Of a stretch of 64,000 bases of DNA, positions 39,063-53,262 are shown one piece after another. The notes beneath the pieces are model-generated. The model saw only the letters and a program-made list of their open reading frames with translations, searched no databases and was not told where the DNA came from. How positions within the stretch are numbered: position 1 is the first letter of the stretch; the number at the start of each line of letters is the position of its first letter. The position numbers and the translations under genes are program-made. The DNA is taken from contig NMRA01000599.1 in assembly GCA_002633005.1 (NCBI GenBank), forward strand, positions 124,001 through 188,000, read 5' to 3'. Source of the stretch: Phoronis australis. Lineage: Eukaryota > Animalia > Phoronida.

Positions 39063-39770
39063 TAGTCTACTTTAAAGCACATGTGTCTTAGCTTTTGATC
39101 GTCCCCAATACACCATATGGTATGACACTCGCGACTAGATATTACACGGGTGCTTTACCTCGTCCGTCCATGTCAAACACAAATCTCAATAAATTTACAC
39201 AAAACAGGGGTTCAACAAACCATGAGCAATTGTTCTTTCTTCTAATACCATTTACAGTGTCCTGCTTTAGCGATTTCGCAATAAATTCGCGTTCAAAGCT
39301 CAAAAAATCTTCCCAAAAAGCCCATGCGTACTAACTACTTTGTCACACGCGAGTCGGTTCAAGGTCAAGTACGGTACGGAATTATCCGATGAGTTACGGA
39401 TAGACGGCAATTGCCGGTTCGTCACGGAAGGTTACGAAATGGTGTGGAGTTATTGATGTCGTGACTTTCCGTGACAAAGCGGCAATTTCCGTGTGACAAA
39501 GTAGTTGTACTCATGGGCTTTTTGGGAGGATTTCTTGTGCTTTAATGGCGAATTTGTTAGAGTAGGACACCATAAATGGTATTAGAAGAAAAAACAAATT
39601 CTAGTGGTTTGTTGAGCCTCTGTTTTGTGTAAATTTATTGAGTTTTGTGTTTGATATGGACGGCTGAAGTGAAGCACCCGTGGAATACCTAATCCCGAGT
39701 GTCATACCTCGTAGCATTATATATAGGGGACGATCAGAAGCTGAGGACGCCTGTCCATTAAAGTAGATCA
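39063..39770. mobile_element. Foldback/MITE with about 285-bp inverted arms and an inner hairpin
   Basis: 39066-39349 is inverted at 39490-39767 (aaaaagcccatg.gtac.aactactttgtcacacg vs cgtgtgacaaagtagttgtactcatgggcttttt); a second inverted repeat lies inside at 39403-39492. Confidence 0.85.
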
Positions 39771-40879
39771 ACAGTTCATTGTTTTACATAACACGCGCTG
39801 AGAGACTGATATGAAACCCAAGTACGTACGAAATGGATAACAGAAATTGAGTCGGTGGTTAAAGCAGGGATGAGCATGAGATGGAAACAGCGAAATATCG
39901 AATTACCTATCAAATCAAGGAATTTTGGTGAACACAAAGTCACAGAGTCGTGAGGCGATTCGTAGTATTCGTTCCACGGTCGTATGCATGACAGACACAG
40001 AACTCCTATCAGGATCAAAACTACGTTTTGTCTTCGTTTTCCCCGGCATCTTTCTATCATGTGTACACGTTGTTGACTCAAGTTTATGACGACTCGGTGA
40101 ATGAAAGTACTGAGGCATACGGAGCTGTTCTGAGCCTGGCGGGAAATTCGATTTGAATAACACCCCCGTAACCTTTGACCTAAGATAAGAGGTAAACAAA
40201 TTTCCACGCGGTTGTGCGCTTCCAAGGGGGTTCTGCTAAATCTTTTTTTCTCGCTGGTATACATTTCGTATTTGATGTTCCCCGAGAATGAGGATAAGGT
40301 ATTTTGCTAGACATATGTGAAATAATGACCCATTTTTGTGAATAAAGTTTGAAAATTTCTTAAGAAAACAACAACAGTTTCATCAAATCTGTGCTTTTCT
40401 TTTCTTTCACTTTTGAAGACAGGAAACGACCTTCTGGCATATCCAGAACTACACTTTAGACAATGTCCACCAAGTGCTTCGGTTACTTTTAGTTCACAAG
40501 CGGCCATTTTCTTTTTAACTAAGATTATTTACGTAGTAGCAGCTTCACTAGAATAATTACATAAATTTGCTGTTAGGCATGCACTGAGACCATATGGCTC
40601 CGATGTAACGGTCCGGGATTACACAGCAGCACTTCAATGTCGCAGTAGCTACCCACAATACTGCAACATCCGTCAAGAGGTTCGCTGGTGTCGTTTTCGC
40701 GCCATTGGAGTTTCTCATGTTATTTGTTGGTGCCTTGGTTTTTAAATTGTATTCGACCTTACAATGCTAGCCAAGTTTTACTGTTGTGTGTTGGGGTTAA
40801 CACCGACAGCAGAAAGTTTAATTATCCGATGAAGCGATAGTTTTCGACAAGATGACTAGAATCAGCCCGACATTTCTAA

Positions 40880-41600
40880 AGCGAGATCAATGTAACAACG
40901 CGTTTTCTTACTTTCAAGATAAAGATTTTTGTCCAGACCGTCCGAGTGAAGATGATCCTATCTGATTTTGAATTGATGAGAGCTTTGAACAATAGTCAAT
41001 GAATGTACATTGATATTAATTCTCTAGTTTTAAATAATAATTGAAAATTTTTTCTTCGATTGTTTGAAAATCCGCGTCTTCGAGCAATTAGTCAAATTGA
41101 AAACGAAGCCACCCAACGACAGGTAACCACCTTGTTGAGGATATCTGGGAGAACAGTGAAAAATCAGGTGTGAAAATATTGGAAAACTGGGTCAGAAAAA
41201 GACAGCGTAAGAAATGGTCTCCTTAGACCAACAGCGACAGATGTTCGGGGCTGCGGACAGAGCTTATCAGAGCAAACGATCAGAAACAGACTCCTTGAAG
41301 ACAACCTAAAAGACTGACAGAAAACTGACTGAGAATCGACACTAAAGACAGTTAGTGCCACGTCACTAGCGCTGAAATTCGCAACCGGCGTGGCAACCAT
41401 CCCACTTCAAGGTCTGCACACTGTGACGTCTTTCTACAACTTGTGTTTTTGAACAATGCCACTTCTCAAAACATTTAAACATTGTAAATGTTGCGAATTT
41501 GCAACAAAATTGGCATTAAATTATTCGCCTTCAATTAAGTTTTTCATTTCTGTGTCATAAGTACATTACTTTTAAGCAACTTTTTGAATAAGTTTTAAAA
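40880..41600 (+). mobile_element. Tc1/mariner deletion derivative; transposase HTH remnant at 41075-41317; ends approximate
   Basis: RLRAISQIENEATQRQVTTLLRISGRTVKN.V*KYWKTGSEKD...LSEQTIRNRLLEDNLK matches the Tc1 paired-like DNA-binding region. Confidence 0.75.
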
Positions 41601-44600
41601 TGCTAATGTTATCAAGCGCCGTTTATGAATGTTTTAGTAAAATGAAAAACGGAAAGAGACACAGGGCTTACAGATACTTCAGGTCTGCTTTTTGGCAGAA
41701 TTAAGTCATACGTTCGATACGGGATATTCGTCACTTTGCATTTGCTTAATATCAACTTCGTTAGCGTGAGTGTAATAATACTTGCATTTACCCGATGACG
41801 TCACACTGGTATGACATGCGCCGGCACGATGAAGCTGTTCTGCACAGAAAATATGTGATACGGAAAATATCATTTTTAGCGTTGGGCGTTTGCAAGCAAG
41901 TGCCGCCCGTAATTACGAGACAGTGTAATTATGACCGAGACTTCGCTCATGTTTTACGACCGTAATCGTTATTTCCAATGAGAAATTAATTTTCAGGTAA
42001 CGTGTACTCTGAAGAAGTTGCTCGCTCGTAATTGTACTTTCGTATTTTTCACTCACAATTTCACTGTCGTGTTTTTACGCTCGTAAAATACAACTCACGA
42101 TAAACTTTGAGTTTTCTGTACCATCGGAAGTGGGAAGTTAAAAACCCGAAAACAAGTAACAGAGGCGTACCTACATATATTTTGCACTTGTGGTGGTAAA
42201 TTGGTTTAAAATGTGAGCTGGGCCGGGGTGGTTAAAATTTATTTGGAATAATCCGTATTCATGTGAAGATCAATATATTCTGAACATAAAATCACACTTA
42301 TAAACAATATGTCGAAAATTTACTGCTATTATTGAGTGTGTAGATGAACTGATATACTGTCTATCACATAGTCATATATTCATCTCATACCCAAAGTCAA
42401 ACGGTTAACAATCGTAATTGCAGTTACATTTGTAAAGGGGTCCACGTTTTATCTGCAAAGACATGCCATTAAGTCGAAATTATTTTCCAATTATCTGTCA
42501 TGTGATGCTCACAAGTAGTCGTCGTGACAGGAAGAACACGTGCACGCCTTCAGTCTGACTGATCGTACGTCTGCACAAACTCTGCAGAATTACGTAAGGC
42601 CAGGCCAAAACAAAATTTTAATTAGAAAATCACGTATTCATGAGCGCAATCAATACACCGAAACAAGCCTTGCGAATAAGGTAAACGGTTGTTTTGACAT
42701 ATAACTGCCAGGGACGTCACACTCCAAAGTCAAAAGATCCATTTCCAAATTGAAGGTCTGGATAGGAGACAGGTCAGTGAAATTAGGTTTCTATTGTCTA
42801 TATTGAGCAGTGTGGTGTGAATGTCTGAGTTACAGGCATGTTGGACGTTTTGGTAATTCGATGGTGGTCTAGTAAAGTACTTAACCATTTATCAGTCCTG
42901 CCAACTCGATAGTTTGTAAAACCAATCATTTTCGAGGAAATTTCCAGTATCTTTACTTCGCTGCTTTAATGAAAAAAACACTTGGATAATAAAATAATCA
43001 CTCTCGCACACGCATTAGCTTTAACTCCAATGGGCATTACAACTTAACTTCCAGAAGTAACTTGTCTATTCGATTTGCAAAACCTATGCCAAATTGTGTT
43101 CCACAAGGTTTCTGCCTGGAGCCCAATTTTACTTATTTACAGACAAATTGGCGTGTCTAGGTATGAGTCGCTTCAGTTGGAGGGTCAAAACCCCTTTTTA
43201 AAGTATTACATGTATTTAAAAATAGCGACTTAGCCTGACTCTGCAACTCTCTGGGAATCTTTTCATAAATACACTACACGAGTATAACGATGGGCGAGAT
43301 GTACACTAGGAATTCAAAATAGCCTCCAGGTAAGCTGCAAAAGTTATTGTAAATATATGTGACTTGTAGTAATTCATTGAGTTCGCATTGCGCATGTGCA
43401 GCCTTGAAAGGTTTTCCAAAGTGCTTAGTCCTCCCAGGGCTGCGTTCCGTTGAAACAAGAAAATCGTGAAAACGCAAGATAACTCATACCTAGTGAGACA
43501 TCACCATGCATTACAAGCAAAGAATATGATCACACCAGCATTTCTGGTGGAATACAAGCTGGTCTAAGTTTTGTTATTTACAAAGCGTTACTCATGGTAG
43601 CTGTAAAGCCCAATGAAGAATGTGATAACACATTGAAATGAAACGATTCAAGTAATCCGTTCGGAATATTTTCCGACAATGTTATATTTTCGACAATGGA
43701 TGTTGACCAGATGGACCCTTCTTAATTCACAAGTCCACTGAAAACGGATAGTTCCTGCAAACGTAGTTAGGTCACGCCCACCATAGTTACCATTGTGAAG
43801 TTCCACAACACTAAACCAAATATGGCGGAAGTTCCGTGCATACGTACGAACAGAATCTTTTCGATTTGTTCCCAATGATATTTCACTGGAACTGTTACCG
43901 GCGTGGAGTCCCAATCACAAATGATCCTGTTGCAGAAACTATGTAATCGGGTTACGCGTAGCGGCTTATCCATTTCAAGTCTTTGAACCCCGGCATTCGT
44001 AGATTACTAAACACATTCACATTAAATAAGCTGTATTCAGATGTCAGCTCGATTAATCAGTTGTGTCGTTCTAACTCGGCGGTGCACTGCCCTTTAAGTT
44101 CGGTGACACGCCCTGGTAAGCTATTCCATAGTACGAGGAAAGCTTTCTTCTCACGATTAGACAACGAAAATTTTTGTTGGTGGTGACCACTGGTGGTTTT
44201 GTGCATGAGAGTTTTGTCGGTGAGGCACCTCTCGATCCGTAAACCACATGCGCTGTTTCTAGCATGTCTTTCACGTTAATGATTGTAAGCACTATTCACA
44301 CCAGAAACTACTAAAAAGAAAGTATTTGCGAAACATTATGAAGGCGAATTAAATTCACTTTGAGCTTGTTTATTCTGACATACTTTCTAAGGCGTATTTC
44401 CAGCTGATGATGTGGTCTACCATATGCTTTTATATCTACGTAGATCGTCGATCTGCTGTGTAAGTTTTCCAAGATCATCGAAAAACCATCTTTCTACTTT
44501 CGTTAGCAACAAAAGTTTGTGGACCAAGACGTTTTTTACCTTTTCCCGCGCCCTGATTGGCTGGCACTAATAGCTTAATTGACTATCTCTTACGTCAGCA

Positions 44601-45469
44601 GACACGGTCAATTTGCTTTCTACCTTGGTGCATAAACGATATTTACTAAAAGACGATTGAGTGTGGATTATATTTTTAAGAAATGTTATTAAATGGCAGA
44701 TTTTACAATTCGGGACTGCGACTATCTATGGTCACGTGAATAAAACAGACGACAATTCTTTATTTCATTATTAGGTATGTTTCGCAGCTACTGGGAAGGA
44801 AGAACATTACTTTGAGAAAACTATGACAAATCTGTCCAGCGGCATCATCATGTTGTCTTCTAATTGGTTTACAAAGAGTTCTTTTTGTGTTGCTTGTCAT
44901 CAAAATCGCTGTATAGTCAATGGCTATCATTGTCAAAATTTTCGGATGTGTTCCAGTTGAGGAGATAACGGTTGCCATAAGATACAGTAGCATCCTCATT
45001 ATGGTGGCTCAAAGTTTCTGATATCGAAGAAACTGTTCATAGAGGTATCACAGCACAAGCTCTCTTCAATTCTTTTCCACGACACTAACTTGGCGAGGTC
45101 CGAATTCTGGTTTTGGACGAGCTCACTCAGAATCCACGGGGACTGAAGTACATGAGTAATCCACATTCATTTTTCCAAATAAGCCGTCAATAATGGTGAC
45201 TTTTGCATAATATTCACATCGCTGCCAGTGTAGTTCGACGCTATTATGCCTGTGCACTATAAATAATCTATAGTTCAATCCAAAGATTTGCTGACGAACT
45301 ATTCTCCTGTTAATAGGTTACTACTAATCTATATCGTTTACGGAAGCAGACGACTGCTGGAATGTCAGTAATAGTATATGCAAGTCGGCAATTTCTGCAT
45401 CAAGTGCCTTGATCAGCATCATATTAATATGCCGGTCATGTAGACCTGTACATAACTGGATCTAATTCN

Positions 45470-48400
45470 AGCCTTGTAATCAATTCGCCGGTAGTACATA
45501 TTCATCTTTAAAACGGCCCCATTCACTAGGGAACAAAACATTCATCAGGTCGTTTTATTCCCTTTCCTGTGTTGGCGTGGATGGTTGAATTATTAAAATG
45601 AAATGATTTTCGTTTAACTAGTATTTTTTCATATGACTTGCAAGACGAACAAGACAAATTCCCAGAAGAATGTTTAGAGTGAAATTGAAAATCAAATTTT
45701 TCCTTGCCATTACCCAACTTGATCTGTGTATGTGAATACTGTATAGCGTAGACAGTCACTGGAAAAATGCACTGGCTTAGGCGTCGTGACACGAAGCTAA
45801 ATGACAGAAAATGTACGAAGAAATCTCTATGATGCAAATAAGTAAATATCGCCATTGGAATGAATTTGTTCTATTAAGTATACATCAATATTTACCACAA
45901 AGCAGTTTGTTACATTTAAAGATAACTTTCCCCTTATTTTTGCCAATTAAGGTTATCTCAAACCTTATTTAGTGGCCTTCATTCTAACTCATATATAAAG
46001 AACATACTAAGCTTTGTCAACTAGTAAACGTATCATTTTCTGAAAGAAAAAATCAGGAAGTATAAAAATATTTTATATATTTATGTGCCATTTTTATTAT
46101 TGCGTTAACTCCTTTTTTAAGTCAAATTTTCATTTTAAAGAAAGGTATACTCACAACAAAATAACCCATCGGTCGATTTAAATGAAACCCTTTTAAACGA
46201 AAACTTCACCAGTTATCTCAAAAATACCGTTAGGAATTTTTCATCAGTCTTTTTGTTTGGTTTCTATGACAAATCAACTCGCAAAACGTAAGTTGTTTTT
46301 GTAAAAAAAGAAGTCGCATTCGTTTGTGTTACATTACTTAAAAACTACGCGTTTATATTAAAAATCCCAACAGCCTTTCTGAGACTGATGAATAAATATT
46401 AAGTTTGGAAACTTTCAGCGAAATCCACTTGGCCATTTTCGAGGACTCGAGTTCTTAAAGTCGATTCTCCGAAGCCGAGAAAAAAACGATTTTGCTGAGC
46501 GACGTGAAAATCTCAAGGTCTGTTAATTATTCGGTGAAAACTTGCTTTCGGTCAATATAACCTATACATGCCTTAACCGTGTTCGCCATTTCAACATTCA
46601 CTCGCTTTATCAACTGAATTTGCAGTGCGTAATTAACTTAATTGTCACAAAAACGTTTAATTAGTCGAGTCGACTTCCAATGCATCGAGTCCAACTAGGT
46701 CATGAGCGGAGCAAACATATGAAGTGGGTCAAACTGGTGCATTGCAGTCTACAGTAACTTTAAAGCACATTTGTCTTCAGCTTTTGATCGTCCCCAATAC
46801 ACCATATAGTACTACAAGGTATGACACTCGCGACTAGAAATTCCACGGGTTCTTCACCTCATCCGTCCATGTTAAACACAAATCTCGACAAGATGACTAG
46901 AATCAGTCCGACATTTCTAAAGCGAGATCAATGTAACAACGCGTTTTCTTACTTTCAAGATAAAGATTTTTATCCAGACCGTCCCAGTGAAGATGATCCT
47001 ATCTGATTTTAAATTAATGAGGGCTTTGAACAATAGTCAATGAATGTACATTGATATTAATTCTCTAGTTTTAAATAATAATTGAAAAATCTTTCTTCGA
47101 TTGTTTGAAAATCCGCGTCTTCGAGCAATTAGTCAAATTGAAAACGAAGCCACCCAACGACAGGTAACCACCTTGTTGAGGATATCTGGGAGAACAGTGA
47201 AAAATCTGGTGTGAAAATATTGGAAAACTGGGTCAGCAAAAGATAGCGCAAGAAATGGACTCCTTAGACCAACAGCGACAGATGTTCGGGGCCGCGGACA
47301 GAGCTTATCAGAGCAAACGGTCAGAAACAGACTCCTTGAAGACAACCTAAAAGACTGACAGAAAACTGACTGAGAATCGACACTAAAGACAGTTAGTGCC
47401 ACGTCACTAGCGCTGAAATTCGCAACCGGCGTGGCAACCATCCCACATCAAGGTCTGCACACTGTGACGTCTTTCTGCAACTTGTGTTTTTGAACAATGC
47501 CACTTCTCAAAACTCTTAAACATTGTAAATGTTGCGAATTTGCAACAAAATTGGCATTAAATTATTCGCCTTCAATTAAGTTTTTCATTTTTGTGTCATA
47601 AGTACATCACTTTTAAGTAACTTTTTGAATAAGTTTTAAAATGCTGATGTTATCAAGCGCCGTTTATGAATGTTTTGGTAAAATAAAAAACGGAAAGAGA
47701 CACAGGGCTTACAGACACTTCAGGTCTGCTTTTTGGCAGAATTAAGTCATAAATGTTCTATACGGGATAGTCGTCACTTTGCATTTGCTTAATATCAACT
47801 TCTTTAGCGTGTGTGTCATAATACTTGCATTTACTCGATGACGTCACACTGGTATGACATGCGACCGGCACGATGAAGCTGTTCTGCACAGAAAATATAT
47901 GATACGGAAAATACCATTTTTAACGTTGGGCGTTTGCAAGCAAGTGCCGCCCGTAATTACGAGACAGTGTTATTATGACCGAGACTTCGCTCATGTTTTA
48001 CGACCGTAGTCGTTATTTCCAAGGAGAAATTAATTTGCAGGTAACGTGTGCTCTGAAGAAGTTGCTCTCTCGTAATTGTACTTTCGTATTTTTCACTCAC
48101 AATTTCACTGTCGTGTTTTTACGCTCGTAAAATACAACTCACGATAAACTTTGAGTTTTCTGTGCCATCGGAAGTGGGAAGTTAAAAACCCGAAAACACG
48201 TAACAGAGGCGTACTTACATATATTTTACACTTGTGGGGTAAATTGGTTTAAAACGTGAGCTGGGCCGGCGTGGTTAAAATTTATTTGGAATATTCCGTA
48301 TTCATGTGAAGATCAATATATTCTGAACATAAAATCACACTTATAAACAATATGTCGAAAATTTACTGCTATTATTGAGTGTGTAGATGAACTGATATAC

Positions 48401-51400
48401 TGTCTATCACATAGTCATATATTCATCTCATACCCAAAGTCAAACTGTTAACAATCGTAATTGCAGTTACATTTGTAAAGGGGTCCACGTTTTATCTGCA
48501 AAGACATGCCATTAAGTCGAAATTATTTTCCAATTATCTGTCATGTGATGCTCACAAGTAGTCGTCGTGACAGGAAGAACACGTGCACGCCTTCAGTCTG
48601 ACTGAACGTACGTCTGCACAAACTCTGCAGACTTACGTAAGGCCAGGCCAAAACAAAATTTTAATTAGAAAATCACGTATTCATGAGCGCAATCAATACA
48701 CCGAAACAAGCCTTGCGAATAAAGTAAACGGTTGTTTTGACATATAACTACCAGGGACGTCACACTCCAAAGTCAAAAGATCCATTTCCAAATTGAAGGT
48801 CTGGATAGGAGACAGGTCAGTGAAATTAGGTTTCTATTGTCTATATTGAGCAGTGTGGTGTGAATGTCTGAGTTACAGGCATGTTGGACGTTTTGGTAAT
48901 TCGATGGTGGTCTAGTAAAGTACTTAACCATTTATCAGTCCTGCCAACTCGATAGTTTGTAAAACCAATCATTTTCGAGGAAATTTCCAGTATCTTTACT
49001 TCGCTGCTTTAATGAAAAAAACACTTGGATAATAAAATAATCACTCTCGCACACGCATTAGCTTTAACTCCAATGGGCATTACAACTTAACTTCCAGAAG
49101 TAACTTGTCTATTCGATTTGCAAAACCTATGCCAAATTGTGTTCCACAAGGTTTCTGCCTGGAGCCCAATTTTACTTATTTACAGACAAATTGGCGTGTC
49201 TAGGTATGAGTCGCTTCAGTTGGAGGGTCAAAACCCCTTTTTAAAGTATTACATGTATTTAAAAATAGCGACTTAGCCTGACTCTGCAACTCTCTGGGAA
49301 TCTTTTCATAAATACACTACACGAGTATAACGATGGGCGAGATGTACACTAGGAATTCAAAATAGCCTCCAGGTAAGCTGCAAAAGTTATTGTAAATATA
49401 TGTGACTTGTAGTAATTCATTGAGTTCGCATTGCGCATGTGCAGCCTTGAAAGGTTTTCCAAAGTGCTTAGTCCTCCCAGGGCTGCGTTCCGTTGAAACA
49501 AGAAAATCGTGAAAACGCAAGATAACTCATACCTAGTGAGACATCACCATGCATTACAAGCAAAGAATATGATCACACCAGCATTTCTGGTGGAATACAA
49601 GCTGGTCTAAGTTTTGTTATTTACAAAGCGTTACTCATGGTAGCTGTAAAGCCCAATGAAGAATGTGATAACACATTGAAATGAAACGATTCAAGTAATC
49701 CGTTCGGAATATTTTCCGACAATGTTATATTTTCGACAATGGATGTTGACCAGATGGACCCTTCTTAATTCACAAGTCCACTGAAAACGGATAGTTCCTG
49801 CAAACGTAGTTAGGTCACGCCCACCATAGTTACCATTGTGAAGTTCCACAACACTAAACCAAATATGGCGGAAGTTCCGTGCATACGTACGAACAGAATC
49901 TTTTCGATTTGTTCCCAATGATATTTCACTGGAACTGTTACCGGCGTGGAGTCCCAATCACAAATGATCCTGTTGCAGAAACTATGTAATCGGGTTACGC
50001 GTAGCGGCTTATCCATTTCAAGTCTTTGAACCCCGGCATTCGTAGATTACTAAACACATTCACATTAAATAAGCTGTATTCAGATGTCAGCTCGATTAAT
50101 CAGTTGTGTCGTTCTAACTCGGCGGTGCACTGCCCTTTAAGTTCGGTGACACGCCCTGGTAAGCTATTCCATAGTACGAGGAAAGCTTTCTTCTCACGAT
50201 TAGACAACGAAAATTTTTGTTGGTGGTGACCACTGGTGGTTTTGTGCATGAGAGTTTTGTCGGTGAGGCACCTATCGATCCGTAAACCACATGCGCTGTT
50301 TCTAGCATGTCTTTCACGTTAATGATTGTAAGCACTATTCACACCAGAAACTACTAAAAAGAAAGTATTTGCGAAACATTATGAAGGCGAATTAAATTCA
50401 CTTTGAGCTTGTTTATTCTGACATACTTTCTAAGGCGTATTTCCAGCTGATGATGTGGTCTACCATATGCTTTTATATCTACGTAGATCGTCGATCTGCT
50501 GTGTAAGTTTTCCAAGATCATCGAAAAACCATCTTTCTACTTTCGTTAGCAACAAATGTTTGTGGACCAAGACGTTTTTTACCTTTTCCCGCGCCCTGAT
50601 TGGCTGGCACTAATAGCTTGATTGACTATCTCTTACGTCAGCAGACACGGTCAATTTGCTTTCTACCTTGGTGCATAAACGATATTTACTAAAAGACGAT
50701 TGAGTGTGGATTATATTTTTAAGAAATGTTATTAAATGGCAGATTTTACAATTCGGGACTGCGACTATCTATGGTCACGTGAATAAAACAGACGACAATT
50801 CTTTAATTCATTATTAGGTATGTTTCGCAGCTACTGGGAAGGAAGAACATTACTTTGAGAAAACTATGACAAATCTGTCCAGCGGCATCATCATGTTGTC
50901 TTCTAATTGGTTTACAAAGAGTTCTTTTTGTGTTGCTTGTCATCAAAATCGCTGTATAGTCAATGGCTATCATTGTCAAAATTTTCGGATGTGTTCCAGT
51001 TGAGGAGATAACGGTTGCCATAAGATACAGTAGCATCCTCATTATGGTGGCTCAAAGTTTCTGATATCGAAGAAACTGTTCATAGAGGTATCACAGCACA
51101 AGCTCTCTTCAATTCTTTTCCACGACACTAACTTGGCGAGGTCCGAATTCTGGTTTTGGACGAGCTCACTCAGAATCCACGGGGACTGAAGTACATGAGT
51201 AATCCACATTCATTTGTCCAAATAAGCCGTCAATAATGGTGACTTTTGCATAATATTCACATCGCTGCCAGTGTAGTTCGACGCTATTATGCCTGTGCAC
51301 TATAAATAATCTATAGTTCAATCCAAAGATTTGCTGACGAACTATTCTCCTGTTAATAGGTTACTACTAATCTATATCGTTTACGGAAGCAGACGACTGC

Positions 51401-51511
51401 TGGAATGTCAGTAATAGTATATGCAAGTCGGCAATTTCTGCATCAAGTGCCTTGATCAGCATCATATTAATATGCCGGTCATGTAGACCTGTACATAACT
51501 GGATCTAATTC
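45470..51511 (+). repeat. Copy 2 of the tandem segmental duplication (6.0 kb; lacks 39188-40845 of copy 1)
   Basis: Starts agccttgtaatcaattcgccgg and ends ggatctaattc exactly as copy 1 does. Confidence 0.95.
46921..47640 (+). mobile_element. Second copy of the Tc1 remnant (coding remnant 47116-47358) in duplication copy 2
   Basis: Same translation as 41075-41317 at an offset of about 6041. Confidence 0.75.
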
Positions 51512-52704
51512 GCATCAGATCATTTTGTCCGTTACTTCTGCCTTTGTGACGGTTAACGTCACTGTTAAGGACGAATAACAAGCGAGAATTACACACAAAG
51601 AAAACGAGTGAAACTAAATAAAATTACACGAATTTCAACTGAGTCATCACTTCAACAGTTTTTCGATGCCTTTTCAGTATGATATTTTGTTTTTATTTTG
51701 TTAAAATTTCAGTTCGCAGTTTCAGTTCGCAATTTTCAAGTGAATTCGTCAAGCACTAAAGACATTACAAGCACTGGGTTCCAAAAGATAGTTTTACAAG
51801 TTTACGATAAATACCAAACATCAAAATAAGCCTGAAGGTCAAGCTCTTTCTGCACTGAAGAAGAAGGGAGAGCAAAAATTCAGTCGGTTGTCCGAGCAAG
51901 CTGGATTTCACACGGCATTCCAGCGCTCTTTTCTAATGTTTTTTTTCTAGAAACGTCGCTTCTACGTACTTGGGCACTCCAAATAATAGACCCTACGATT
52001 CCTCTTTAAAGTCCTGCTACGCAGTCGCAGTGTCTGCACACTCCTATTGCCTTGCACGATTTCCGGCATATACGATAATTCCATTCGCCAACCGGAGTAT
52101 GTAGACAGCATGTCCGATTGTCGCTTGCGAATTTTTGTATTGGATAAATGCTGTTTCGGAGTGAATGAGAAGAGGCGAAAGAACGCTTGTGGGATATGCC
52201 GTTTTTAAGGCCCCCGGGGCATTTTCTTTTCGAAAATTGCAGTTGTCCCCTCTTAAGACATCCTAGACCCGCAAGTCGACGTATTACTCTTTGTACGTTA
52301 TAATATTTCTACTGTTGCTGGTGACGCCATACCGTCCATTCACACATTTTTACTAGGTATTGTGTCAGAACACTATAGTGCAATGACTGGCCAGCGGTCT
52401 CCTGAGTTGGACGACAACTGGAGCAACTTAACCGGGGGTGTTGTATCACAAATAACTTATCGCGTACGATTTTTAACTCCTCTAATGGCTACACGAAAGT
52501 CCTACACGGAGTTGTACTCGACTAATGGGATCGAGTAGACAAGTGTGGAACGCCAACGTGTATTTCACTCGGTCACACGACATAGTGTATGATCGTTTGA
52601 GATCTAAAAACACACGCATATTAAGTTAAAAAACACGTAGTTTAAGTAAAAGTGCCCGTACGTAGATTATGCACATTTCTACGCGCAGAAAGGTACTCGT
52701 TTAA

Positions 52705-53262
52705 AGGCGAAGGCAACCCTTTTTCATGTCATTTTTAGCAAAAATATGTTTCGTTGATTATCCTAGACACATTTTTCACTTATTTAATGCTTTTCGTAAT
52801 TTAATTAATTACTCGTCGTCTACTCCGGAAGTGACGTTTTGGGCGCCAATTTCGTTTCATATAGTCTGACTGTGAGAGCAGTCGAGTCACTCATTGTTCT
52901 ACCTCGGTTGTGATAAGTTCGGTCGTCGTTTGCTTTTGCTTAAGAGTCAGTCAACATGCCACGCTGTTGCTGCGTACTGGGGTGTACTCATTATCGTCTC
53001 ACGTACAGAGGAAGAACTGTCCCACTTGCCCGAGTGTCCCGCTACACACTCCCACTGGAGGGTGATCTGAGCACCCAAACTGCTTACATCCCGCCGTGTG
53101 ACTCCCTCGCCACACACCTGGCACCTTCTAAATAGCGCCAATGCAAGTCCACAAAAAACTTATCAAACTTAGGCTCACCGATCTGTTCATTGGATGACGA
53201 ACTGTCCTCTTCACTGGGTGTCGAACTGGGCCTGTATTCACTCCCACTACTCAACATCGCTG
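52705..53262 (-). mobile_element. Truncated copy of the Kolobok-derived MITE family seen at 58734-59642
   Basis: TTAA|AGGCGAAGGCAACC end; THAP start MPRCCCVLGCTHYR at 52956; minus-strand LFRRCQVC...WECVAGHSGKWDS zinc finger; inverted homolog of 59075-59642. Confidence 0.85.

Larger units (their letters stand above)
37793..45468 (+). repeat. Copy 1 of a tandem segmental duplication (7.7 kb)
   Basis: Colinear with 45470-51511 (for example ORF 43274 matches 49317); junction is a single N at 45469. Confidence 0.95.
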
